Made by a program: the position numbers and the translations under genes. From NCBI GenBank assembly GCA_963834425.1, contig CAWIBR010000008.1, positions 132,534-196,533 on the forward strand: a DNA stretch of 64,000 bases, read 5' to 3'. The DNA is from an uncultured Actinomycetota bacterium (GTDB lineage Bacteria; Actinomycetota; Actinomycetes; Actinomycetales; CAVURS01). Below the pieces are notes generated by a model. It saw only the letters and a program-made list of their open reading frames with translations. It was not told where the DNA came from and made no database searches. Numbering within the stretch: the first letter of the stretch is position 1; every line of letters starts with the position of its first letter. Shown here piece after piece: positions 1 through 10,917 of this stretch.

Positions 1-613
1 AGATGCAGGATCGGCAGGACCGCGCCGTCGCGCCTGGCGTTCAGGAAGGCGGGCAGCTTCCAGGACGCCGCCAGCGGGCCGGTCTCGGCCTCGCCGTCGC
101 CGACGACGCAGGCGACGATGCAGGTCCGGGTGGTCGAACGCGGCGCCCGCGGCGTGCACCAGGGCGTAGCCGAGCTCGCCGCCTTCGTGGATGCTGCCCG
201 GGGTCTGCACGCTGACGTGGCTCGGGATCCCGCCTGGCGTCGAGAACTGGCGGACCAGGACGTCCAGTCCGGCCAGGTCGGCCGAGACGTGCGGGTAGAT
301 CTCGCTGTAGGTGCCGTCCAGGTAGGCGTTGGCGACCAGCGCCGGGCCGCCGTGACCGGGACCGGTGACGTAGACGACGGCGTGACTCGGTCCGGCGGAT
401 CAGCCGGTTGAGCAGGGTGTAGATCATCGACAGTCCCGGGCTGGTGCCCCAGTGCCCGAGCAGTCGCGGCTTGATGTGCTCGGCCGAGAGTGGTTCGCGC
501 AGAAGCGGATTCGACTTGAGGTAGATCTGCGCGACGGTCAGGTAGTTGGCGGCGGCCCACCAGCGGAGGTCGTCCTGCAGGTCGGCATCGGCGTACGCCT
601 CGATCTGGGACAC
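1..613 (-). pseudogene. xfp: Phosphoketolase (XFP family), 5' part of the gene; runs off the left edge; at least 2 frame breaks (near 120 and 390)
   Basis: ORF 41..613 starts [60 protein letters not shown]. Other minus frames continue with [46 protein letters not shown] and [17 protein letters not shown], all typical phosphoketolase blocks. Confidence 0.8.
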
Positions 614-616
614 CCG

Positions 617-1531
617 TCAAGGTACCGCGACGGCAGCAGGCGACACCGAGGCGACGGACAGCTGGAAGTCGGGGTCGTGCGCACGCGCGTGGTGCGGTGT
701 CGGGACCACGAGGACCGGGCAGGTTTCCTCGGCGAAGGAGACGTAGTGCTCGCATCCCGAGGGAACGACGAGCAGGTCGCCCGGGCCGGTCCGATCCAGC
801 AGGAGGGCGTGGGCCGGGCCTTCGACCACTTCGGAGGTCAGCGGTGCTTCGTTGCCGATCACGGTGCGCAGCGCCGCGACCCACCGTGCACTCTCGTCCA
901 CGACGGCGGCGTGGATCTGCTGGGGGCTGTCCGCGAACATGAGCTCTGGCAGCTGGGGGCTGAGGTCGTAGGACGTCGATGACGTGCACGGGGATCGGGT
1001 GCTGGCCCAGCCACTCTGCGACGTAGGGGTAGGTCTCGCCGTCCGGATCCAGTGTGGCGCTGAGGACCAACCGCTCGGCAGCATTCGGTTGCGCAACCGG
1101 ACCCACCACGACGACCGGACAGTGCGCGCGGTGCAGGCAGTATCGGCTGACACTCCCGCCGAGCAGCCCGACCAGGCCGAGATGTCCGGCCGATCCGATA
1201 ACCAGCAGATCCGCGGTGTGCGACTCATGGACGAGCACCCGGCCCGGGCTCCCCTCGACCGCGATGCCCTGAACCATGACGCGACCGCCGACGATCGAGC
1301 GCATCTTGGCAACTGCGAGCTCGGCGCCGGCCCGAGACCTGGCTTGCCACGCGGTCAGTTCGGGCAGACTCCACGGAGGGATGGGGCTCGGATCCCAGGC
1401 GGTCACGACATGGAGCCCGAGGCCCCGCGCCCTGGCCTCGGCCGCGGCCCAGCTGACCGCGACCCGCGCCGTTGCCGAGCCGTCGTACCCCACGGTGATG
1501 TGGGCTGGACCGGTCCGTCATCGGGCGTCAT
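617..1531 (-). pseudogene. Universal stress protein, two UspA domains; frame breaks near 1510 and 990
   Basis: Minus-strand pieces read [58 protein letters not shown], then ..[43 protein letters not shown] lies 6 nt before the ATG at 1531. The exact start is uncertain. Confidence 0.65.
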
Positions 1532-1592
1532 CGGTGGCTCCTGCTGCGTAACGGCACAGTCAGATCTGGCGTCGGGCGTGCGCGGCCAGGCA

Positions 1593-1606
1593 GGGTCGAA
1601 GGTCCC
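1593..1606. promoter_or_regulatory. Candidate DosR/DevR box GGGTCGAAGGTCCC, 62 nt upstream of the USP-phosphoketolase unit
   Basis: Palindrome-like 14-mer in the gap between the ADH stop and the USP start. It is one of five related sites and resembles the M. tuberculosis Dos box core GGGACTWWAGTCCC. Confidence 0.45.
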
Positions 1607-1624
1607 GAGCGCAACGGCCGGTGG

Positions 1625-2630
1625 TCAGGCGTGCAGGACGGCGGCCCCGTCGTAGGCGCCGTGGGCGAGATCACGCAAGGCGCGGTCGGCCTCGTCCATC
1701 GGGTAGGCGTGGGTCGTGGCCCGCACGCCGAACCGGTCGGCCAGCCGCAGGAACGTCTCCCCATCGTGGCGCGTGTTGGCTGTGACGCTACGAAGTCGGC
1801 GCTCCTGGAACAGGTCGGCGTCGTAGTTCAGGGCCGGGATGTCGGAGAGCCAGATGCCGGCCACCGCCAAGCGTGCCGCCGCGCTCGAGTGCCGCGCAGG
1901 GCGGCCGGCACAAGCTCGCCCGCCGGTGCGAACAGGATCGCGCCGTCGAGCGGCTCCGGGGGTGCGGCGTCGGCGGCCGCCGACCGAGTCGACCCCGAGA
2001 GAGGCGGCCAGGTCGCGGTTGGCCGGTCCGCGGGTCAGGACGTGCACGCGCATGCCCGAGGTGCGAGGGCGACCTGCGCGGTCAGGTGAGCGCTCCCGCC
2101 GAAGCCGTAGATGCCGAGGCGCGCCCCCCGGTGGCACCGCAGCGGCAGTCAGCGCGCGGTAGCCGATGATGCCGGCGCACAGCAGGGGCGCCGCCTGCTC
2201 GTCGTCGATCGTCGGCGGCAGGGCGTAGGCGAAACCCTGGTCGACCAGGCACTGGTCGGCGTACCCGCCGTCGACATCCCATCCGGTGAAGAGCGGTGCG
2301 AGACAGAGGTTCTCATCGCCACGGCGACAGAACCGGCAGGTGTCGTCGGTGCCGCCGAGCCAGGGCACGCCAATCCGCTGCCCGACCGCGAACCGGGCCG
2401 CCCCGTCGCCCCGCCCGATCGACGGTCCCGACGACCTCGTGGCCCGGCGTCACTCGCGGGCGCTTGGGCGCCAGGTCGCCCTCGGCCAGGTGGAGGTCGG
2501 TGCGGCACACGCCGCAGCAGCTGACCTGGACGAGCAGCTGGCCCGGACCGGGCGCGGGCGGCTCGCGGTCGACCCGCACGAGCGGCGCGCTGTCGATCGG
2601 TCCCGGCCGGTCCACGACCCAGGCCCTCAT
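1625..2630 (-). pseudogene. Zn-dependent alcohol dehydrogenase (MDR family); at least 2 frame breaks
   Basis: N-terminus MRAWVVDRPGPID..LLVQVSCCGVCRTDLHLAEGDL..VTPGHEVVG. Middle GGTDDTCRFCRRGDENLCL..AAPLLCAGIIGYRAL. C-terminus RSVTANTRHDGETFLRLA..PMDEADRALRDLAHGAYDGAAVL. The pieces lie in three minus frames. Confidence 0.8.
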
Positions 2631-2761
2631 GCCGCGCTCGCTCCGGACCTCATCAGTCCAGCATCCTCCGTCTGGCTGCGCCAGGCGTCGCGGTACCAGC
2701 CCGGTTCCCGCACCACTGCCGCCGCCCTCGGCCCGAACTTGGGCCATTGGGCTGGCCGGCA

Positions 2762-2775
2762 GGGACCAAAGACCG
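2762..2775. promoter_or_regulatory. Candidate DosR/DevR box GGGACCAAAGACCG in the ADH / CBS-USP divergent region
   Basis: Weaker member of the five-site family. It lies between the ADH start (2630) and the CBS start (2846). Confidence 0.35.
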
Positions 2776-2845
2776 TGTCCTTCCACTTGTGCATCCGCAC
2801 GATGGAGGTGAGGCAGGCGACCGAAGTCGACGCGAGGAGCCCACT

Positions 2846-3264
2846 GTGCTGGTCCGAGAGATCATGACCCAACCGGTCGTCACGGTGACACCCGAGACTT
2901 CAGTGGCCGATGCGCTGGCGCTAGTAGCCGTCATCAGATCAGCGACCTGCCCGTCGTCGTAGACCACGTGGTCGTGGGGATGGCCAGCGAGATCGACCTG
3001 ATCCGCTTTGCCGTGCCCCTGGACCCCCGCTCGAGGCATGCGATCGTGCCGTCCGGATCGGCCAAGTACAGCAAGTTGGTCAAGCAGGTGATGAGCGCCA
3101 AACCCTATGTGGTCCAGGGGGACTCCGATGTGTCCGATGTCGTGCGCACTCTGGACCTGATGCGCTGGAAGTCGGTGCCGGTCGTCGAGAACGGCGAGCT
3201 TGTCGGAATCGTCACCCGGGGTGACGTCGTACGCGCACTGGTGCCCGAGGAGAGCAGCCCATGA
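2846..3264 (+). pseudogene. CBS-pair domain protein; frame break near 2920
   Basis: GAGGAG lies 6 nt before the GTG at 2846. VLVREIMTQPVVTVTPETSVADALAL, then after a +1 shift HQISDLPVVVDHVVVGMASEIDLIR...MSAKPYVVQGDSDVSDVVRTLDLMRWKSVPVVENGELVGIVTRGDVVRAL. Confidence 0.7.
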
Positions 3265-4167
3265 CCGGGCGCCCGCTGCGGACCGAGACGCAGCCTGTCG
3301 TTGTCGGTTTCGACGGATCGCAGGCCGCAGCCCGGGCAGTCGAGGTCGCCGCGGACGAGGCCGGCCGGCGTGGAACCAGCCTCGTCGTGCTCGTCGTCGC
3401 CGGCTCCTCGCACTTGTGGTCCGACAGCGTCGAGGAGCTCTACGGCGATGCTCGTGCGGCCCTGCGCTGGGCGACCGCGACCAGCGCGATGCGGCGGTGC
3501 GCCAGGCCGCGCAGCGGTGTCCCGAGCTGCTGGTCGATGCGGTGGTCTGTCAGGAGTTGGAGTCGCCGGAGATCGTTGCGCCTTGGCGATCGCGCTCAAC
3601 TGCTGGTCCTCGGCGGCAGGGGGCGACGTGGCCAGATGTGTCTGCAGGCAGGCGCGACCAGCGCCGAGTTGGCGCTCGCCTTCGGGTGTCCTGTCCTGGT
3701 CACCCATCACCGGGCGAGTCCGGCGCGCGAGCGATCCGGAGGATCGCAACGGTTCCGCGACAGACCGACCAGGTGGGCCGGTAGTCGCGGCGGTGGACGG
3801 CCGGGAGAGCTCGGTCGCCGTGCTCATGGCGGCGGCCAGCGAATGCCGCCTCCGCGACCAGGCCCTCGTCGCGGTCCACGCAGTGGGCACGTCGCCGACG
3901 GCTCCGCAGCATCTGGCCGACAAATGCTCGGCGGCTGTTCGACGACGCCGTGACCTCCATGGGTCCCGGGCGCTCCGACCGGCTGTTGTTTGCAGCCGGA
4001 ACGTCCGGCGACGCGCCCTGACCGGTAACACGCGGCCGGAGGACCTCCTCGTTATCGGGACCCACTCCCGTGGGCGGATGCGCGCCGGCGACTCGGGTGG
4101 GGTGATCCGGCAGGTACTTGATCAGGCGCCCTGCGATGTCCTCGTCGTCCCGTCGGCCCTCGCCTGA
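3261..4167 (+). pseudogene. Universal stress protein, two UspA domains; frame breaks
   Basis: ATGA overlap with the CBS gene. N-terminus PVVVGFDGSQAAARAVEVAADEAGRRGTSLVVLVV. C-terminus in another frame VVAAVDGRESSVAVLMAAA...LLVIGTHSRGRM..GGVIRQVLDQAPCDVLVVP. Confidence 0.7.
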
Positions 4168-4179
4168 CCGGTCTGGCAC

Positions 4180-4843
4180 CTACGCCGAGGACGGCGAGCC
4201 GCTCTGGTCGCTGTCCTTGAGGCCGGCGGCGAAGACCGCCGCCTGCGTCCGGCTGGACATGCCGAGCTTGGCGAGCAGGCTGGAGACGTAGTTCTTCACC
4301 GTCTTCTCGGCCAGGAACATCTCCTCGCCGATCTGCCGGTTGGTCTTGCCCTCGGCGATGTGGTCGAGGATGCGGCGCTCCTGGTCGGTGAGCCCCTTGA
4401 GCCGCGGGTCCATGCTCGGGCCCGTTGCGCAGCCGCTCCAGCACCCGGGCCGTGACCGCCGGGTCGAGCAGTGACTGGCCGGCCGCTACGCGCCGTATGG
4501 CGTCGACCAGGTCGGTGCCGCGGATGTCCTTGAGCACGTAGCCGGACGCGCCGGCCATGATCGCCGCGAACAGCGCCGCGTCCTCGTCGAACGACGTCAG
4601 GATCAGCGCGTGCACGCTGGGGTCGATCGAGCGCACGTCGCGGCAGACGTCGATACCGGATCCGTCGGGGAGCCGGCCGTCGAGCACCGCGACGTCGGGG
4701 CGCAGCGCCGGGATGCGCCGCGTGGCCTCAGCGGCCGACCCCGATTCGCCGACCACCTCGATGTCGGGTTCGACCTCGAGCAGCTCTCGTAGCCCGCGCC
4801 GGACCACTTCGTGGTCATCGAGCAGGAAGACCTTGATGGTCAT
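4180..4843 (-). pseudogene. dosR: DosR/DevR-type response regulator (NarL/LuxR family); single frame break near 4415
   Basis: MTIKVFLLDDHEVVRRGLRELLEVEPDIEVVGESGSAAEA..RPDVAVLDGRLPDGSGIDVCRD..LILTSFDEDAALFAAIMAGASGYVLKDI, then [61 protein letters not shown]. Near-colinear with the M. tuberculosis DevR sequence as I recall it. Confidence 0.85.
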
Positions 4844-4890
4844 GCGTTCTCCTTCGTCACGTCAAAGCGGAGGCCCGGGCGCTGCTGTCG

Positions 4891-4933
4891 GCACCACTCT
4901 GCCCTCCCGGAGGCCGGGAGGGCAGAGTGGTGC
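4891..4933 (-). terminator. Perfect 20-bp-stem hairpin between the USP stop (4941) and the dosR start (4843)
   Basis: GCACCACTCTGCCCTCCCGG agg CCGGGAGGGCAGAGTGGTGC. No clear U-tract. Confidence 0.55.
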
Positions 4934-4940
4934 GGGCGAA

Positions 4941-5881
4941 TCAGTCGGAGTGGTGCTCACCGTGGACCACGGCGATCGTTCCGGGTCCGTGGCTCACCAG
5001 CTGCTGGCTGACCGACCCGAGCATCAGGCCACGGAAGCCGCCTGCTCCCCGGGAGCCGACCACGATCAGGTCGGGATGCACCCGATGTGCGGCGACGAGC
5101 AAGCCGTCGTAGGCGCTGACGTCGTTGATGATGACGGATTCCATCGACACCTCGGGATAGCGCTCAGCCAACCCGGCGACGGCCTCGGCCACCACCCGTT
5201 CGGCGTCCTGCTCTATCCGGCGCGCCCACTCACCGGCGTCCACGCCCTTGGGCATCCGCCCGCTGAGGGCGCCCAAGTCCTTGGGGCCCCAGGCCGACGT
5301 CGCGACCACGGGTACGCCGCGCCGGCCGGCTTCGGCGAACGCGAAGTCCACTGCGTTCCGCGAGAAGGTCGAACCGTCCACTCCGACCAGGACCGGCCCC
5401 TTGCCGGGGAGCTCGACCGGCGCCGAAGCGGGCCGGTCGCCTTCCTGGGGCGGCCGGACGACGATGACCGGGCACATGGCGTGCGCCGCGGTCTGGGCGG
5501 CCACCGAGCCGGCGAAGAGCTGATGGACCATCCCGTGCCCGCGTGAGGCCACCACGACGAGGGCCGCGGTCTGCGAGGCGTCGACCAAGGCGCGCCGCGC
5601 CGGACCAGCGCCGGACGCGGCCGGTCACCAACAGGTCGGGATGTGCGGTGCCGACCTGCTCGCAGAGCTCGGCCAGCTTGGCCTCGGCCGCGTTGAGCAT
5701 CGCGGTGTCGTAGCCGGTGATGGCCGGTACGCCGCGGCTGGCCGACTTCGTCGGAGCCGTGGATCAGGTGCAGGTCGCGGTGCTGCTGCTCCGCCTGCCA
5801 CGCGCCGTAGTCGATCGCGGTCTGGCTGGGGGCGGAGAAGTCCACCCCGACCACTACCGGACCGCTGGTGTCGTGTGCCAT
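4941..5881 (-). pseudogene. Universal stress protein, two UspA domains; at least 2 frame breaks (near 5740 and 5600)
   Basis: N-terminus GPVVVGVDFSAPSQTAIDYGAWQAEQQHRDLHLIHG. Middle MLNAAEAKLAELCEQVGTAHPDLLVTG. C-terminus ALVVVASRGHGMVHQLFAGSVAAQTAAHAMCPVIVV...VLVGVDGSTFS...LIVVGSRGAGGFRGLMLGSVSQQLVSHGPGTIAVV. Confidence 0.7.
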
Positions 5882-5882
5882 G

Positions 5883-6404
5883 TCAGTTCCTTCCGTTTCG
5901 GTTGGGGTGGTGCGGTTCTCGGAGCGGACCCGCTCGAGTCGTCATTCGGGGGCAGCGCGTCGCGCCGAGGTCACCGCGGTGTCCCATGCGTGCGGTATCC
6001 GCGACGGTGAACCGCCGCCCGGTGATCTCGCTCGGGGTGATCCGGGCCACTCGGTCCTTGTGACCAGCCTGCTCCGGATGGAGGGGGAGTTCGGCCACCG
6101 CGAGGCTGTCGTAGAGGCCACTGATCTCCCGGGCGGCGCCCTTGACGATGACGCTCCAGGCGAGCCCGTCGGTGTGGCCGTCGACCTCGAAGGCCACCGG
6201 GCGGCCGTCGAGCGCCGAAGCGATCCTCGAGTGCACGCCGGTGCGGAAGACGACCGTGCCCCCATCGGTGACGTAGTTGATCGGGAAGATCTCCGGCTGG
6301 CCGTCGACCGCGAAGCTCAGTCGGCCGAGGTTGGTACTGCGAAGTGCGGCCCAGCACTCCGGAGGCTGAATCTGTGCGATCTGCGGCGAGTCGTCGATGG
6401 GCAT
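5883..6404 (-). CDS. Pyridoxamine 5'-phosphate oxidase-like (PPOX/FMN-binding split-barrel) family protein
   Basis: MPIDDSPQIAQIQPPECWAALRSTNLGRLSFAVDGQPEIFPINYVTDGGTVVFRTG..VAFEVDGHTDGLAWSVIVKGAAREI...ITGRRF. Paralogue of 11656..12102. The start is 4 nt after the upstream USP stop. Confidence 0.7.
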   Translation of the reverse strand: MPIDDSPQIAQIQPPECWAALRSTNLGRLSFAVDGQPEIFPINYVTDGGTVVFRTGVHSRIASALDGRPVAFEVDGHTDGLAWSVIVKGAAREISGLYDSLAVAELPLHPEQAGHKDRVARITPSEITGRRFTVADTARMGHRGDLGATRCPRMTTRAGPLREPHHPNRNGRN

Positions 6405-6408
6405 GTCC

Positions 6409-6876
6409 TCAGCCGTCCTTCGCGACGCCGCGGTCGCCATGGACGACGAGCACCGGGCAGGTCGCGTGTTCCGCGACGCTCGAGCTGACCGATCCCAGGA
6501 GGAGTCCGGCGAACCCGCCGTGCCCGCGGCTGCCGACGATGAGCATCAGCGCGTCCCGGCTACGGTCCAGCAACACCTCAGCGCTGTTGCCCTGGCCGAC
6601 CAGGAGCTCGATGCCGATCGGGCGGTGGGGCCCGAAGACCTCGTCGACGGCCTCGGTGAGTGCTTTCGTCGTGTCCTCGGCCGGGTCCCACGGGAAGGCG
6701 GAGCCGCTGATCCCGTAGCCGATCGGAATGTGCCACGCCGCGATTGCCGTGATCTCGGCGTCCAGCGCGCCGGCGATCTGACCGGCCCAGCGCAGGGCTT
6801 GCTTGGACGGCTCGGATCCGTCGACCCCGACGACAATGCGCCGCTGTCTCTGGGTGCTCTGGGTGGTGGTCATCAT
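6409..6876 (-). CDS. Universal stress protein, single UspA domain (intact)
   Basis: MMTTTQSTQRQRRIVVGVDGSEPSKQALRWAGQIA...LMLIVGSRGHGGFAGLLLGSVSSSVAEHATCPVLVVH. Confidence 0.85.
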   Translation of the reverse strand: MMTTTQSTQRQRRIVVGVDGSEPSKQALRWAGQIAGALDAEITAIAAWHIPIGYGISGSAFPWDPAEDTTKALTEAVDEVFGPHRPIGIELLVGQGNSAEVLLDRSRDALMLIVGSRGHGGFAGLLLGSVSSSVAEHATCPVLVVHGDRGVAKDG

Positions 6877-6922
6877 GCTCGCCCCTTCCTGGGGTTGTTC
6901 CTGTCTCGTTCCCTGTGAGTGG

Positions 6923-9648
6923 TCATCTGAGGTGCCGGACGCGGTCGAGCAGCACGGGTGCCGGCGCCGGACGGATCCGCACCCGGACGTCGACCGCGAG
7001 GGTCGCGTCCGGCCGGGCCAGCACCGGGTTGAGGTCGATCTCGGTGATCTCCGGCAGCTCGGCGACCAGTTGCGAGATCCGGACGGCAACGTCGGCCAGC
7101 CGGTCCAGGTCCGCGGCCGCGCGGCCGCGGCGGGCACCGAGCGATGGCAGGCAGCGCAGCTGGCCGATCATCTGCCGGGCTGTGGCGTGGTCGAGCGGCG
7201 CCATGGCCCAGCAGCGGTCGGGATCGACATCACTGTCCACGCCACCGCGGCCGACCATCAGCAGGGGTCCGAACCGGGGGTCGCGGGTCGCGCCGATGAT
7301 GATCTCCACGCCCGAGCTCACCTGGCTCTGGACGATCACTGCCGTGCAGCCGGTCGCCAAGTGTGGCGGCCATGTCGGCCACGGCGACCCGCACCTGGTC
7401 GGGGTCGGTCAGGCCCAGTCGCACCGCGCCGACGTCGGACTTGTGGACCAGCTCCGGGCCGTCGCCCTTGGCGACGACCGGGAAGGTGAGCAGGCTGCTC
7501 GCCTCGGCTGCGGTCTCGGCGTCGTCCGCCGTCACATAGGGCGCGGTCTCGACGTCCACCGCATGCAGCAAGCGGTACGCCGCGAGGGCGGGCATCCAGC
7601 CCTCGCCCTGTTGGCCCAGGACGACCTCCACCTCGTCGCGGGCCGCCTGGATCTGGCTGGTGGTCAGTGCGTCCCCGGTGTGGGCGGTGTCGCGGCGGGT
7701 CGCGTAGCCGTGCAGCAGGGCGACCGCTCGCACGGCGTCCTCGGGCTGGTCGAAGTGCGGCACGGTGCCCCGCCACTGCGTGTCGTCACCGAAGACGCAC
7801 GCGGCCATCGTCGTGGTCGGGTGGTCGGCGCACACCTGGTCGAGCGCGGAGACGAGATCGGGACCGGGCACGTTGCCCAACACGGTCAGGACCGCGACCA
7901 CCACGTCCACGCCCGGATCCGCGGCCACGAGCTGCATGGTCTCGGCCAGCTCAGCCGGCGAGGCGGCGGCCGTGACGTCGACCGGGCCGCCGACGGCGGC
8001 TGTCGGCGGCAGCAGCGCTCGGAGCCGGTCCTGGGTCTGCGGATCGAGCCGCGCGACCTCGAGCCCGTAGGTGCCGCAGGCGTCAGCCGCTAGCACGGCC
8101 GGACCGCCTGAGTTGCCGACGATCGCGACCCGAGCGCCGGTCGGCAGCGGCTGCATGCCGGCCAGTGCAGACACGTCGGCCAGCGTGCGCAGGTCGTCGA
8201 CCCGGATGATGTTGGCGTTGCGGCACAGGGCATCCACGGCGGCGTCGTCGTCGGCCGCGGCGGCGGTGTGGCTGCTCGCGGCGGCTGCTGCAGCGGCTGT
8301 GCGCCCGGCCTTCAGCAGGACGATGGGCGTGCTCGCCGAGACGGTCTCGCGCCAGCCGGGCGAAGGCCATCGGCTCGGCGATCGACTCGAGATAGGCGGC
8401 GATGACCCGGGTGCGGGCGTCGTGCTGCCACCAGGGCAGGACATCGTTGCCGCCGACGTCGGCCTTGTTGCCGACGGTCACCAGGCTGGAGACTCCCGCT
8501 CCCCGGCTCCGCAGCGCCTCCAGCATCGCGACGGCGGCGGCGCCGGACTGGGAGAGCACGCCGGTGGTGCCCGGCTGGAGGGTCTCGGGCAGGAAGGTCG
8601 CGTCGAGCCCGATCGCGGGGTCGGTGTTGGCGACCCCGATGCAGTTGGGCCCGACCAGTCGCATGCCGGCGTCGCGGCAGATGCGCACGCAGGTCGGCCT
8701 GATCGGCGCGGCCCTCGGGGCCGGCCTCGCCGAAACCCGCGGTCAGCGCCAGCAGCGCGCGCGTCCCCGACGCAGCGCAGTCGAGCGCGACCGAGCGCAC
8801 GGCGGAGGTGTTGACCGCCACGACCACCAGGTCGACGGGCTGAGGGATCTCGCGCACGGAGCTGAATCCCGGCACCGAGCCGACGGACACGCCCTGCGGG
8901 TTGACGGCGAACAGCCGGCCGGTGAAGCCGGACCGGAGCAGGTGGTCGAGCACTTGGCGCCCGACGGTGTGCCGATGCTGGCCGGCCCCGACGACGGCGA
9001 TGGACGTGGGTGCCAGGACATGGTGGAGGGAGGCGACCTCGGCCCGGGACTGGCGATCGGCGACCCGGTCGATCACCTCGTCGACCGCCCGGACAGCGCA
9101 ATGAACTCGCACCTCGCCACTGTCGAACTCGTTGGCCACCACGAAGCCGGAGTCCTGGAAGACGCGGAGCATGGCGCGGTTGGCCGACATCACCAGGGCG
9201 ACGACCGTGTCGAAGCCCAGCAGGCGAGCCCGACTCAGCAGGTCCTCCAGGACCAACGTGCCCAAGCCGTCGCCGTGGCGACGGTCGGCGACCAAGAGGC
9301 CGAACTCGGCCTCGCGAGGCCCGCCATCGGTCGCCGGACAGGGGTGCAGAGAACCGATCGCGACCACCGACCCCCGGTCCACGACAACGACCGCGGCACA
9401 GGTCTCGTCGGCGTCTGCGAGGAGCTCGACGTAGGCCTCGCCGGCTCGCCGCGAGACAGTGAAGAACCGGTAGTAGGAGCTCTGCTCGGTCGCCTCCGCG
9501 AGCAGCGCCCGGACCGCAGGCGCGTCGGTGTCGACGTACGGCCGGAGCTCGACGGCCAGGCCGGACGCGGTCAGTGCGTCGTACGCACCGGCCGGTCGCG
9601 CCGGGGGACGGCTGGCCGTGCTGGGCCGGTCGACGGTGCTGCTGGACA
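6923..9648 (-). pseudogene. GNAT acetyltransferase fused to an ADP-forming acyl-CoA synthetase (Pat-like protein acetyltransferase architecture); at least 3 frame breaks (near 8690, 8345, 7350)
   Basis: GGAG lies 7 nt before the GTG at 9648. GNAT part LRPYVDTDAPAVRALL..YYRFF..FGLLVADRRHGDGLGTLVLEDLLSRAR..GF. CoA-binding part APTSIAVVGAG...LFAVNP. Then MRLVGPNCIGV, SQSGAAAVAMLE, VTVGNKADV, IVLLKAGRT, VAIVGNSGGPAVLAADA. ATP-grasp tail FPVVAKGDGPELVHKSDVGAVRLGL...IIIGATRDPRFGPLLMVGRGG. Confidence 0.8.
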
Positions 9649-9707
9649 CGGTGGAACTCCGTTCGCTGAGGTGCCTCCAGCCTCGGCCGCGCCGCGACGT
9701 CCGGCGA

Positions 9708-9721
9708 GGGCCGAAAGTCCT
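9708..9721. promoter_or_regulatory. Candidate DosR/DevR box GGGCCGAAAGTCCT in the divergent region between the GNAT-ACS operon and a USP gene
   Basis: Lies between the starts at 9648 (-) and 9828 (+). Member of the five-site family. Confidence 0.4.
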
Positions 9722-9827
9722 GTCCACGGGGGCACCAAGCCCGCTCCGCGATGGCCCACCGGCACCTAGCGTCGAAGTCGTCAACCAGTGCTGACCCAGT
9801 GCTGGCCGCGGAGACATCCGCAGGACC

Positions 9828-10780
9828 ATGCAGCAGAAGGAAGGGCCGGCCATGACCGCTCCAGCAGATCCGCAGGGCGCCGTGCTCGTCGGAGTCGACG
9901 GGTCGAATGACGGCGCGCACGCCGTGACGTGGGGGGCGCGCGAAGCCGCCCGCACCGGCACCCAGCTGCGCATCGTGCACGCTTCGCCCTGGTCGATGCT
10001 CGACCGAGGAGCCGCGTCGGGCAGATCGGGCCTGGGACGAGGCCGGCCTGGCCTCGCCGAGCTCGGCGGATCGTCGAGGCAGCTGCCCGGCACGCGCGCG
10101 AGGTCGAGCCCGACCTCACCGTCGACGCCGAGCTGGTGTGTGGTGTCGGGCCCGCCGCGCTCGCCCAGACGTGCAGTGGCGCCGCCACCGTGGTCGTCGG
10201 CCGTCGCGGTCTGGGGACCCAGGGCACCCGCCAGGTCGGCTCCGCCGCCGCAATCCTCGCCGAGCAGATCGATGCGGCGGTGGTCGTCTGCGGCTACGAC
10301 GCGCAGCACAGCCACCTCGGCGGCCACGACGGCCCCGTGGTCGTCGGCGTCGACAACCCCGTCCGATCCGACTGCAGCTCCGACCAGCGGCGCGTCCTGG
10401 ACACGGCGTTCGCGCTCGCCGACCGGCTGTCCGCAGGCCTACGCGTCGTGCACGCGTGGAACGACGCCGACTGGGGTCCAGGTGACCCCCTTGCCGAGTA
10501 CATGAGCGACTGGCCGACCGCAAAGAAGGACGCCCAGGTCTCGCTGGAGGACCTGTTGGCCGAGTGGTACCAACGCTATCCAGAGGTTGCGGTCACGGTG
10601 TCAGTCGTCGACAGCCGGCCGGCCCACGCGCTCGTGGGCGCGTCGACCGGCGCGACTGTCGTCGTGGTGGGTGGCTGCGGTCGGGCCAGCCTGCCCGGCA
10701 GTCGGTTCGGGCCGGTGGCCCGGCGGGTCACCACAGGTGCGAACAGCCCGGTGCTCGTGGTGCCCACCAGCGACTGCTGA
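9828..10780 (+). pseudogene. Universal stress protein, two UspA domains; frame break(s) near 10000-10080
   Basis: AVLVGVDGSNDGAHAVTWGAREAARTGTQLRIVHA, then in another frame TVVVGRRGLG...GPVVVGVDNP...LRVVHAW...VVVVGGCGRASLPGSRFGPVARRVTTGANSPVLVVP. Alternative start ATG 9852 (AAGGAAGGG upstream). Confidence 0.7.
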
Positions 10781-10917
10781 GCGGTCGATCGGCGACGACC
10801 GAGCTCCCGTCCGGCCGCGTTGCTCCGCTGAGGCCGGTGATCGCGCGAAATCAGCGCCCGATCACCGGCATGCAGGGAGTACGGCGGCCGAGTGGGAGCA
10901 CGCGGCACAGCGTCGGG

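Noticed and set aside
4844-4890. Searched the dosR upstream region for an autoregulatory Dos-like box
   Set aside because: No GGGnC...GnCCC dyad is present between the hairpin and the dosR start. Autoregulation therefore cannot be inferred from this sequence.
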